From the NCBI GenBank assembly GCA_951406725.2, contig OX597822.1, forward strand, positions 26,412,001 to 26,476,000: a stretch of 64,000 nucleotides of DNA, given 5' to 3'. The stretch comes from Octopus vulgaris (taxonomy: Eukaryota). This document shows positions 51,331 through 62,740 of the stretch, piece after piece. How positions within the stretch are numbered: the first letter of the stretch is position 1; each line of letters opens with the position of its first letter. The translations under genes and the position numbers were made by a program. Under the pieces are notes generated by a model. The model searched no databases, was not told the DNA's origin, and saw only the letters and a list, made by a program, of their open reading frames with translations.

Positions 51331-51884
51331 ACACATACATATCATAATCATTATCATCATCATCATCATCAATATTTTAACATTCACATTCCCATGTTTG
51401 CATGGGTTAGACAAAACATTTTGAGAGATTTTTTGAGATATTTTTCTCTTCTCATCATCAACTCTTACCTGTTTCCAGAGTGTTAATTTCCCTAGTCTTG
51501 ACATTTCATTATGGAAGAAATTTAGAAGAAATTTAAAACAGATGATACATTTGTATGATGTTAACATTTAAATCCTTAAATCCTTAAAAATGTTTTAACC
51601 CAAAGGCCGCAGACATGCTGGGGCACCACCGCTGACATTTATCATCTAATGTGAAAACAAAGAGACACACATGCACTTATGATGGGTTTCTTGTTCAGTT
51701 TCCTATTACTAAATTAACTCTTTAGGCTTTGATCAGCCCAAGACTATAGTAAAAGGCACTTGCTCATGGTACCACATTGTGAGATTGAACCAGAAATCAT
51801 GTGGCTGGGAATCAGACTTCTTAACCACTTAGCTAGGCTTGCATTATAGCCTTATTCATAAACATACACACACATATATCTCTA

Positions 51885-52099
51885 TCTTTTACTTATTTCA
51901 ATCATTTGACTGTGGCCATGCTGGGGCACCGTCTTGAAGAGATTTAGTCAAATAAATCAACCCCAGGACTTATTGTTTTTAGGCCTAGTACTTATTGTAT
52001 TGGTCTCTTTTGCCAAACTGCTAAGTTACAAGGATGTAAACACACCAACACTGGTTGTCAAGCAGTAGTAGGGGACAAACATAGACACAAAGACACACA

Positions 52100-52139
<40 letters not shown>

Positions 52140-52297
52140 ATGGGTTTCTTTCAATTTCTATCTATGAAGTCCACTCACAAGGTTTTGGTCAGTCTAAAGC
52201 TATAGTAGAAGAGACTTGCCCAAAATGCCATGCTGTGGGACTGAACCCAGAACCATGTGGTTGGGAAGAAGCTTCTTGCTACACAGCCACACCTGCA
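51885..52297 (-). mobile_element. SINE family C
   Basis: Reverse complement of the 29278 element. Confidence 0.8.
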
Positions 52298-53181
52298 CTT
52301 ATATATATAATAGGTGTATGCATGGTTGTATGATTGTGATTAAGAAGTTTGCTTCCCAGTCACGTTTTGGGTTCAGTCCCACCGTGTGACACCTTGAGCA
52401 AGTGTCTTTTATGATAGCCTTGTGATGATCAAAGCCTTGTGAATGGATTTGGTTGAAAGAAACTTGTTAAAGCATCCAGTACATTTATAAAGTGGTTGGT
52501 ATTAGAAAAGGCATTCGGCTGTAGAAATCATGCTGATACAGACAGTAGGGCTTGGCACAGCTCGCTAGCTTGCCACCTCCTGTCAAATCATCAGACTCAT
52601 GCCAGTATGGAAAGATGTTAAATGATGATGATGATGATGCTGGTGTGTGTGTTTGTTTGTTTTTGTCTCCTTGTCTTGACATCATGCGACTGTTGTACAT
52701 CTCCAATATTCTGCTAAAACATTTCTGGCCATGGGGAAATATTACCTTGTTTGGAAACACGCGAGGGTTGGTGAGGAGAAGGGCAGCTGTCTGTAGAAAA
52801 CCTGCCTCAGTAAACTCTGTCTAACCCATGCAAACATGGAAAAGTGGATGTTAAAACGATGATGATGACGGTGGCAGTGGCACACTCACAAAACAAACTT
52901 CTGTATTTTTGCTGTCTACCAAAATTTCATTTATTGTTAACATTGGTCAGCCCACAGTTATAATTAAAAGATCTTTGCCCAAAATGCCATACAGTGGGAC
53001 AAAATCTGAAGCTACATGGCTACAGAGCAAACTTCAAATCACACAGTCCTTCCTTCCTTCCTCCCTCCCTTCCTTCTCTTATTATTGTTATTGATGAATG
53101 TCTCTTGTGTCTGTATGTAAACTAAAATTTGGTTTTTCCTTTCTAAAATAAATAAGAAATATATATAAATATATCTTGCAG

Positions 53182-53347
53182 ATTCGTCGAATGGTTGGTG
53201 CCATGGTGCAGGTGGCAATTGATGAACTGACAGTTGATGACATCCAACAGAAATTACTAAAGCCTTGCTTAAAGGCCACTGACACAAAAATCAAAAGTCT
53301 ACCCGCTTGTGGACTTTATCTCTCCAATATATATTATGATCCCAAAG
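53182..53347 (+). CDS. PUSL1: PUSL1 coding exon 7
   Basis: IRRMVGAMVQVA...SLPACGLYLSNIYY contains the TruA QVRRMV and AP..GL.L..V.Y motifs; TTGCAG acceptor and AAG|GTAAT donor; phases 0 to 1. Confidence 0.95.
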
Positions 53348-54181
53348 GTAATATCCCCTAATTGAAAAGAAATCATTTATTCTTTCACTTGTTTCACTAT
53401 ATGTGCATATGTAGTTGCACATGGTTCCAGTTTCAGTCCCATTGCATTGGATCCTGAGTGAGAGTCTTCTATAACACTGGCTGATCAAAGCCTCATGATA
53501 GATTTGGTTGACGGAAACACAATTGCATGTAACTATGTGTGTTGGAGTGGTTGGCATAAGGAAGGGCATCCAGCTTTAGAAACTATGCATGACAAGATTG
53601 GAGCCAGGTGCAGCCGCTGGCTCTCCAGACCCCAGTCAGACTGTCCAATCCATGCTAGCATGGAAAATGGACGTTAATCGATGAGATTATGTGTGTGTGT
53701 GTGTAGTTGAAATATACAGAAAAACAAAAGACAAAGACAGGTGTATAAACAACAAGCAGGTGTATTAGTTTGATGCTCATGAACGTGAGAAAGTCTTTTT
53801 ACATTTTGCACCTATGCTCTTCAACAGAAAGGAACATGAGAAAATAAAACTTTAGATTTTAGTGGTCAATCATGACAACTGGTTGGAAAAAGGTAGTTGG
53901 ACAGGAGAGCTAGAAAGAAGGGGAGATAATAAAGTACTGATGAAATCAAAATGAAGGTGCGCATGTGTATGTGAGAGTGTGTAAATGTGTGTGTGGATAG
54001 GGGCTAGTGACTTTGATGTGTGGATGTGTGCGCATGTAAGTTCATGTGTCTGTAATGTGTGCATGATGGTGTGGATACTGGGAAGTGGTCAGTGCTAGTG
54101 TGTATGAGGTGATGGGATGTATGGGTGGGGTGTGGATATATATATATATCTGTAAATGTAATATGAGACAATTATTCGGTA

Positions 54182-54251
54182 GCCATGATAAAACTCTGAG
54201 TTTCGGATGCTGAGGTGGAAATCCATGCCGCCGTCTCTTCAGTTATCCGGC
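54182..54251 (-). ncRNA. Type-I hammerhead ribozyme (inverted copy)
   Basis: Minus strand reads GCCGGATAA-CTGAAGA-GACGG...GCATCC-GAAA-CTCAGAG-TT-TTATCATGGC. Confidence 0.65.
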
Positions 54252-54286
54252 CATCGGAAAAATGCTATAAAAAAAAAATTCCGATG

Positions 54287-54356
54287 GCCAGATAACTGAA
54301 GAGATGGCGGTGTGGTGTTCCACCTTGGCATCCGAAACTCAGAGTTTTATCATGGC
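54287..54356 (+). ncRNA. Type-I hammerhead ribozyme (Penelope-LTR-like)
   Basis: Stem I GCCA-GATAA / TTATC-a-TGGC; core CTGAAGA 54296-54302; stem II GATG...CATCC; GAAA 54334-54337; near-palindromic stem III ACTC-A-GAGT; GUU site, predicted cut after 54346. Confidence 0.7.
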
Positions 54357-54521
54357 TACCGAATAATTGTCTCATATTGCATTTACAGATAAATTCCTCT
54401 ATTTACATAATATCGAGGTCTCTTTCATTCTTTTTGTTGTCTTACCATTTTTATCAAAGTATATATATTATATGACAGAACGCACACATCCCTTTCTAAG
54501 TAAGATTGTTCTTCTATATAT

Positions 54522-54781
54522 ATCATCATCATCATCATCATCATCGTTTAGCGTCCGTTTTCCATGCTAGCATGGGTTGGACGGGTCAACTGGGGTCTGT
54601 GAAGCTGGAAGGCTTCGTCAGGCCCAGTCAGATCTGGCAGTGTTTCTACGGCTGGATGCCCTTCCTAACGCCAATACGTACAGAAGACTGGTGCAGGCTT
54701 TGGCCTGGCTGGCTCTTGGTACTATCGCACCCATGCTAGCATGGAAGACGGATGTTAAATGATGATGATGATGATGATGAT
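54522..54781. mobile_element. Head-to-head pair of RTE 3' tails
   Basis: Minus copy starts with (CAT)n at 54522; plus copy ends in (GAT)n at 54781. Confidence 0.75.
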
Positions 54782-54809
54782 TATTCACATTCTTTTCTTC
54801 TTCTTACAG

Positions 54810-54937
54810 ATCTGATTTACACACCGACTGCCAAAACAGAGCCTGATGACTTGAATCCAGCTGATAAAGATGATGATGACTTGAACTCAACTGATGAGGA
54901 TGAAGAGGTCTTAGATGCCAGTTCTGAGAAAATATAA
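54810..54937 (+). CDS. PUSL1: PUSL1 terminal coding exon 8 (acidic tail)
   Basis: Strong polypyrimidine tract plus TTACAG; phase 1 matches exon 7; (D)LIYTPTAKTEPDDLNPADKDDDDLNSTDEDEEVLDASSEKI*. The alternative is read-through of exon 7 to the stop at 53361. Confidence 0.7.
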
Positions 54938-55821
54938 TATTTTCAAATAATCTTCAGTGGATGTTTTTATCAGTGATATTTAGTTGTTGCTTTTGTTTGT
55001 TGGAGTGTTTTGTGTTATTTTAAACAAAAATGTTGCTTCCATTTAAAAAAAAATGGAAATCTGTCACAGAATTGTATAACACACAATCACAACAGCAGCA
55101 ACAACTGGCACTTTAAGACCGTTTTCCTTGCTAAAGCAAGAGTTAACTTTTTGTGGGTCTTATGACCTTCTCCAGGGTTAGCTTCATTGAGGTCCTTTGT
55201 CCTTCTCCATTTTGCCCTATCTTCTACATCCACTCTCACTAAACTATTCACCCAGTGACACATCTAGAATGCGTGCCACCCGAGGCAGCCCTTGAGTATG
55301 CCAATACCACCCCATGCCTCCCAGCAATATTTGAATACATGCTTATACAGCAGACCCAAAAGTGCCACCTTAAAAGCTTCACCTCAAGCACTGCTCCCGG
55401 ACTTCTAGTGGTACTACTTCATCCACCGATTCCACCCTGCATCTTCCAGCATCTTCTGTGATGTCTTTCAACAGCAATTATTTGATAAAAATAATTGCAA
55501 ACCAAGGTCCATGGAATCAACCTATGCTTGTAGAGACAATGAAGGAATCTATGTGGTCATATGACCTGCTAGAAATGGAGACTAAATCTCTCTTAAATCA
55601 AACCCTATTTTCTCAGAAAGTGAAAAAGTCATGCATCTATGAGACATATAGTCATACTGAGTAAAGAGAAAAAAGACAGGGTGGTCATGACTGTAATGCC
55701 TTTGATCATAGACCTGCTGTATCAGGACTGGCTAGAAGAGTGACGACCAAATGAGCATTAACCAGTTTGTTACCATATTACTACTGAAATACACTGCTTT
55801 TATGCTAATTAGTTTTTAAAG

Positions 55822-56828
55822 TATTAGGTTGTTCCGAAAATAATGGCTGATTTCAGAAAAATGATTTTATTCTGGAAAAATTAGCAATAGAAATGTTTTG
55901 ATTAGTCAAAGTATGAGCCTTGAACATCTGTGCATCTCTGCCATTGATCAACAAGATTATTTATGCCTTGGTTGATAAAAACTTATTGGCTTGATGTTAA
56001 GAAATCTTTGAAAGATGATTCCACCTCTGGTTTGGTCCTGAAAGTTTTATTGCTTAAAAAAATGATAGTCAATGGGTGAAAAATCAGGAGAATATGGAAG
56101 ATGTGGTGTAGTCTTGTATCCCAAGTCTGTGAGTTTCGTCAGCATCATTTTTGCAACATGTGGCTTTGCACTATCGTGGAGCAGAAATGGGCCATGCCGA
56201 TTCACCAATGCAGATCTCATATTTTGCAAGTGAGCATGCATTTCAGTGAGTTGAATGCAGTAAACCTCTGCTGTAATTCTCTGATTGGCTTCCAGAAAGC
56301 TGTAATGGACAACATCAATTGCAGACCACCAGACAGTCAGGCATAATCTTCTACTGATGTAACTTTGGCTTTGGGAAATGCTTGTTGGGGAATCATCACA
56401 TTTCTCTGACACTTTGATGTGGGTTTTGTTCAACAATTGCTTTCAGTTGTTCATTGCTAAGACTGCATGACCATCCCCTACCTTCTTCATCTTCAAGGGC
56501 TCTCATCACCACTACAGAGTTTCTGAAACCACCTTTGTACTGTGCGATCACTTGTCGACCCCTCTCTCTTCATGTTCTGTTGATATTGGCAGCAGTTTGG
56601 GAGGCATTGTGCCCAAGCTTGAACTCATGCAAGAAAAGTAAGCAAAGGTCCTTTTTTGTCATGTTCATAATTAAGGGTGCCTATGCTTCAAGAATGTTTC
56701 CTGTCTGAAATAAGTAGAAAATTAGTTATTAAGTATGTTGAAATACACCTAAAATATAATTAAAATATGATAAAATTGCATTTCAAAACAACACTTAGAG
56801 TGGCCATTATCTTCAGAACAACCTAATA
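55822..56828 (-). mobile_element. Defective mariner transposon (~1.0 kb)
   Basis: TA-flanked TIRs TTAGGTTGTTCCGAAAATAATGGC / GCCATTATCTTCAGAACAACCTAA; ORF 56047-56436 has LLHDSAKPH...PYSPDFSPIDYHFF (mariner HDNA.PH and YSPDLAP.DY motifs). Confidence 0.92.
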
Positions 56829-56889
56829 ATAAAGAATTTCATAAACAGCTAAAACAGCTGTCATTATTAAACTGGCAAAGGCAGAATCA

Positions 56890-57315
56890 TTAGCATGGCA
56901 GAATCATTAGCATGCCGGGCAAAATGCTAAATGGTATTTTGTCTGCTGCTACATTCTGAGTTCAAATTCCACCATGGTCAACTTTGCATTTCATCCTTTC
57001 GGGGGTTGATAAATTAAGTATCAGTGAAACACTGGGGTCGATCCAATCGACTAGACCCCCTCCCCAAAAATTTCAGGCCTTGTGCCTATAGTAGAAAGGA
57101 TTATTAAACTGGCAGAACTGGTAGAACCATTTGCATGCCAGGCAAGATGCATAGTGGCATTTTGTCCATCTTTATGTTCTGAGTTCTAATGGTGCTAAGG
57201 TCAACTTTGCCTTTCAACCTCTCGGGGTTGATGAAATAAATAGCAGTAAAGCACTGGGAATGATATAATCTACTACCCAACTTCCTTCAAATTTCAGGCC
57301 TTGTGCCTAAAGTAG
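56890..57315 (+). mobile_element. Two tandem SINE family A copies
   Basis: Cores ACTTTGCMTTTCAWCC and TTTCAGGCCTTGTGCCTA tails. Confidence 0.75.
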
Positions 57316-58084
57316 AACAGAAATTCTGATGGAAGGTTTTAATTTAGATTACTTTAAAACTGGATGTCTGTATCATAAAACAAAGAGAAATCTTGGATAG
57401 GTTGGTATGAAAAGAGTTGCATTAAAAGTTTCAGAGCAATGAGACTCTGCATATAATCACAGCCAGAGACTTATTGTCTCTAGTATTCAAAATATTTGGA
57501 ATATTTTTCAGAATATTTCAGTAAATGAGTTCTATTAATATGCAAGAAGGTTTCAACAAGTTCAGTAACTCTGTAGTTTCTTCAAATTCCAGGTTATTCC
57601 CTCTTGTGGTTTGTGTGAATTTGACTGCTCTTGTTTGATTTAGCTTTGGGAAATGAGTTGCCTTCAAGAATGGATTAAATTTTTTTTTAAATGTAAAAAC
57701 GTTCTTACTCATGCTGCTAAACTCATTAATTAATAGCTTACATACTCAAGTGAATTAATTATCTTAGGAGAGTGATGATTTCAGAGATTTTTGTTTTTAG
57801 TAAGGAGGGGCTGGAGATTTTGCTAACCATTTAGATTTTTTGGTATTTAAATAAACATATTTTATTTTTCTAATGAATTTGTCAGTTGTTATTTTTCAGA
57901 GATTTATATGTAATCGTTTTTTTTTTTAATCTTCTTTTATTTTGTTTCATCAAGATATTCATGTGAATAATGTAATTTCAGTACTAGCTTATGAAGTGCA
58001 AGTTCATATAGCTATAAGAATTTTGTTTGTGTCTTTGGAAAGGGACATTTATTTTGTGTACAAACATTTGCATACAGAAATACC

Positions 58085-58486
58085 AGTCACTGAAAGTGGA
58101 TAAAACTTATGGAAGATGGAGACCCAGGAAGACATGAGACGAATTATTGAAGGCTAATCACAAGACACTGGAGTCTTATGAAGACTAAGGACTGAGATAT
58201 CTGGTGCATTGCTGTACTCAAGAAGACCTTTCACCACAGCAGAATTGATACTAGTGCTGGTGCCACATAAAAAGCACTTGTACTGGTATCATGCTAAAAC
58301 CACTGGTGATGGTGCCACATAAAAAGCCCCAGTACACTTTGTGGAGTGGTTGGTGTTAGAAGAGGCATCCAGCCTTAGAGACCATGCCAGAGCAGACAAT
58401 GGAGCCTGGTGAGGCCCCTGACCATACCAGCTCTGGTCAAACCATCCAACCCATGCCAGCACGGAAAATGGATGTTAAATGATGAG
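58085..58486 (+). mobile_element. Older RTE-LINE 3' fragment
   Basis: GGAGACCCAGGAAGACATG (RT end) through CCAACCCATGCCAGC...GTTAAATGATGA. Confidence 0.7.
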
Positions 58487-58698
58487 GTGTGTCAGTTCCT
58501 CTTAACTGTTGACAACAAGTAACAAATATCAACCAGTTCTAGAAATTTTAACTGCAATTAATTAATATATTCAATAAAGGGAGGAATTAGAAGAAAAATG
58601 TGTAATTTAAAAAGCTTTAGTAATTATAGACTCAGACTGACCTAAAAATTGTGAGTGGATTTGGTAGACAGAAACTGAAAGAAGACTATCATATATAT

Positions 58699-58980
58699 AT
58701 AAAGGGGTTGGACAAAATAATGGCAACACCTAGCATCATAATTCTGAAATATCTATAAAACTGTCAAAAGCTTGTTTATTTTTATGTTTTTTGATTTATT
58801 ATTAGTGTTGCTTAATATGTTTTGCTAAAATTGCTGTTTCTTTTCAGATATTATCAGAAAAAGGTAATTAAAATTCATTAAAATGATAGATCTATCGGAC
58901 TTCCAAAGAGGTCAAACTACTGGTGCTCATATGGCAGGCGCTAATGTAACGAAAACAGCTGAAATGTTTGGTGTATCAAA
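58699..58980 (+). mobile_element. Tc1-like transposon 5' fragment
   Basis: TIR-like GGGGTTGGACAAAATAATGGCAACACC after TA; MIDLSDFQRGQTTGAHMAGANVTKTAEMFGVS is a Tc1 N-terminal HTH. Confidence 0.75.
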
Positions 58981-59179
58981 GGCGGTACTCCAGCAGTCAG
59001 ATGACTGAAACAAGTAAAAGAGTAATATTTATATATACGACGGGCTTCTTTCAGTTTTGTCCTTAATGATTCTGCCAGCTTACCATTTTAATTACGAATA
59101 TAATTAATAAAATAAAACCCCCAAAAAAACAAAATGGTGAGCTGGCAGAATTGTTATCACGCCAGGCAAAAATGCTTAC

Positions 59180-59567
59180 TCTTTATTCTTTTACTTGTTT
59201 CAGTCATTTGACTGCAGCCATGTTGAAGCACCGCTTTGAGTCGAGCAAATCGACCCAAGGACTTATTATTTGTAAGCCTAGTACTTATTCTATCGGTCTC
59301 TTGCTGAACCACTAAGTTACAGGGATGTAAACACACCAGCATCGGTTGTCAAGCGATGTTAGGGGGATAAACACAAACACACAGACATGCACGGATACAC
59401 ATACATATACAACGGGCTTCTTCCAGTTTCCATCTACAAAATCCACGCACAAGGCTTTGGTTGGCCCGAGGCTATAGTAGAAGACACTTGCCCAAGGTGC
59501 CACGCAGTAGGAATGAACCCGGAACCATGTGGTTGGTAAGCAAGCTACTTACCACACAGCCACTCCT
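59180..59567 (-). mobile_element. SINE family C inserted into a family A SINE
   Basis: Reverse complement of the 29278 element; family A head before it (~59135) and core after it (~59570-59670). Confidence 0.8.
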
Positions 59568-60006
59568 AGTGACATTTCATCCGACTTTACTTTCTAAATT
59601 CATATTCTGCTGAAGTTGACTTAGCCTTTCATCCTTTCAAGGTCAATAAAATAAGTACCAGTTAAGCACTGGTACTTATTGCTGTCCTTATGTAAAAATT
59701 TGAAACCAGTTAATGAAACACAATAGGTAAAAGTTCATAATTCTTTTCTTTTTCAAAACCTAGTTTGTTTTTACTTTACCTTCTCAAGCAAAGTGCCATG
59801 GAAGAACTAGACAGGAACCCTAAAACAGGCTCCTGAATTCTCAGCAATAATTTCACTTCTCAAAGCAGGCATGGCTAGTGGTTAAGAAGTTTGCTTTGCA
59901 ACAACATGGCTTTAGGTTCAGTCCTATTGTGTAGCATCCTTGGGCATTTGTCTTCTACTATCACCCTGGGTCAACCAATGCCTTAAGAGTGAAACTGTGG
60001 TGTGTA

Positions 60007-60048
<42 letters not shown>

Positions 60049-60764
60049 CAATAACAATGAAATAATTAGAACCAGTTGTAGGCTTGGGTGTGTGGTTGAG
60101 AAGTTTGTTTCTGTTCAACATGTTTCTGGGCTCAGTCCTACTATATAGCACCTTCGGCAAGCGTGTTCTACTACTGCCCTGGGCCAACCAATACCTTGCT
60201 GAAGCACTGCCTTGAAGGGTTAACCTGAACCAAAAGACCCTAGTACCTATGCCATTTTTCTCTTATATATATCATACTTATATATATCATCTCATCACAC
60301 CTGAACTTCTACGGATTCTACCTGTCTTCTCTCATCACCCACCAACTTCTACTGGACTTTCTACACTTTAGCTGCACCTCTTCTGCCTATGGATTACATT
60401 GGACTCCTCTATTGGTGTATATATAGATAGATAGATAGATATTGATATACAGATATTTTGAAAATACTTCACAAAGTGACACCCATGTCTTGCATAGTTA
60501 CAGGCTGTCCTTTGGCAAGGCATGGCCCCCATTCAACTACCCAACCAGGGATACAATGAAGTCAGCATGGCGGATTATGGAGAGGTAGCAGAAGAGCTCA
60601 ACTGAGCCAACCGTGCTTCTTACGTTGATGCTGAGTGAAGGAAACCTAGATCAACAGTCAGGATCACTAAGCTCTATCAAGAGAGTAACTGCAACTTGTC
60701 CATAACTGTGTAATCAGCTAATGAAAGATGCACAGTGACTCAAGCTTCCAATTCAAATTCATAA

Positions 60765-61577
60765 TGAGTACTGAGAGAGCACAAATCTCCTCCAAGGCAA
60801 CACGAACGTCCTTTCAATGATTAGCCAGAGATGACTTTTAAAATCAGAATATCTGAAATAAACTCAACTGCTCTCACAAATAGGAATACTAGAAATGAAT
60901 CCGACTGCTCTCAGAAATTAAGTAAAAACTCCAGAAAAATAATCCAGAATCCTTGTCTGGTACCTAATTGATCCCAATGGTAGTCATGGAATGTGAAGGT
61001 GGCTGTAGAAAATTTAGTAACAGTAATAAATTTTCTTTTTTTTTTTTTGCCCTTTTAAAGCCTAGCCAGGCTCATGGGCCTGGTTTCCCGGTTTCAATGG
61101 CATATGTGTTCCTCAGCTGGACAGGATGCCAGTCCATCGCAGCGTTACTCATTTTTGCCAGCTGAGTGGACTGAAGCAATGTGAAATGAAGTGTTTTGCT
61201 CAAGTACACAATGATACCCTAACCACTAAGTCACGCACCTCCACAACAGTAATAAATAGTTTACTTTTAATACAAGCCAATGTTAACAAATTCATCATTC
61301 AAATCAAAATAGTTACAGCCTAAAGGGAGATAAATGAGAAAGACTTGAAAGTTAACGTAAGATTGTAATCATGTAAAGTAAATATAACAAATAATCCAGA
61401 ATCCTTGTCTGATACTGGATTGATCCCAAAATCAAATAAGTTTGTGACAGTCATGAGGCCAAACATCCCTGAAAGTTTCATCCAAATCCACTCAGCAGTT
61501 CGTGAGATATCTTGTCCATGGATAAACAAATGTAACTGAAAACAATACCTCCACCTTCGCTAAGGTGGAGGTAACAA
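60765..61577 (+). mobile_element. Helentron/Helitron-associated non-autonomous element (DINE/HINE-like) with a nested family B SINE (~61049-61244, minus)
   Basis: 3' hairpin TACCTCCACCTT-CGCT-AAGGTGGAGGTA (61546-61573); related subterminal motif ATCTCCTCCAAGG near 60785; repeated core AATAATCCAGAATCCTTGTCTG; AAAGTTTCATCCAAATCC motif. Confidence 0.65.
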
Positions 61578-62504
61578 TGGAATTGGATGGTGACAGAGAG
61601 TCATGGGAATCTGTGAAAGCAGCAAAGATATATATAGATAGATTTAATCACATTCACACACACGTGTGTGTGTGTCTGTAGTTTTGTGTTCAGCCACTCG
61701 CCATTTGACAACCAGTCTTGGTTTGTTTACCACCTTGTAACGCCACAGCAGTTTGGCCAAAAGAGATCAATAGTAAAGTACCAAACTTGAAAAATAAGTA
61801 CTGTAGTTGATTTCTTTAAGTGGACCTTTGCAAGCAGTGCTCCAGCATGGTCACAGTCCACTCACTGAGACTGTTGAAACAATAAATATAGTGTAACCAC
61901 AATGTTACTATTTGCTCAACTGCCAGAAATAATTATGTCACTGAGGTAGATGTCATGATGACCTTTAAGATATGTTGTTTTTCCCCTTTTGTTCACTTTC
62001 ATTCCACTTTTTCCCCTTCACATTGACTTTATATTTTCGTGTTTTTGATTTTAAACTTCTTAATTACGACAGCAAAAATACACCAGCAAAAGAGATGAAT
62101 GCTGGTATCACTCTGTTACAATTTAAATGTTAAGTTCATTTACTAGAAGATAAAAAATATCAACAGTTAAATGCAAAAGCATGTACTTTCACAACTGATA
62201 CTATTTTAGGTTAAAAATATTGATTTTCATTGGACATTCTTTTTCAGAAAATCAAACTACCACAGCCTTTATGTGTTACAAGGAGTTTCACAAAAAATAT
62301 AAATTTTACAAATTTATTATAATCTAGTCCCATGCAATATTGGATGAATATTTTATGAAGCTGCTACCCTTGTCACGAACAGGGGACAATGACCTGATGT
62401 TGTGAATTCTCTTATAGAACTGAAAGAGAATATCTTGATTGTTGTTTGTCAGGTCACCTAGAGTAAAGAGCGAAGACTCCCTTCGGTCATGAATGACATG
62501 GGAT

Positions 62505-62740
62505 TGCACCTAGAAAGTTCCCCTCCAAGGCACAAGTCTAGGCAAAGTTGTTTATGGAAGACCAGTAGTCAGTCGCCCATGCATACCAGCTTCCTCTCTC
62601 CACACTACCGGTGTTATCCAAGGGGAAAGACAAAGGCTAATACAACTTGACACTAGTAACATCGCAACTCATTTCTACAGCTGAGTGAACTTAAGCAGTG
62701 TGAAATAAAGTGTCTTGCTCAAGAACACAACACACAGCCT
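62505..62740 (-). mobile_element. SINE family B-related
   Basis: GCAACTCATTTCTACAGCTGAGTGAAC...AAAGTGTCTTGCTCAAGAACACAAC; similar to 47290-47545 and 40475-40720. Confidence 0.7.

Noticed and set aside
54891-54897. CTGATGA in PUSL1 exon 8
   Set aside because: Coding sequence (T-D-E); no stem II or stem III pairing.
57456-57466. ATCACAGCCAG, like the miR-2 family 5' end
   Set aside because: The match stops after 11 nt and no precursor hairpin is evident.
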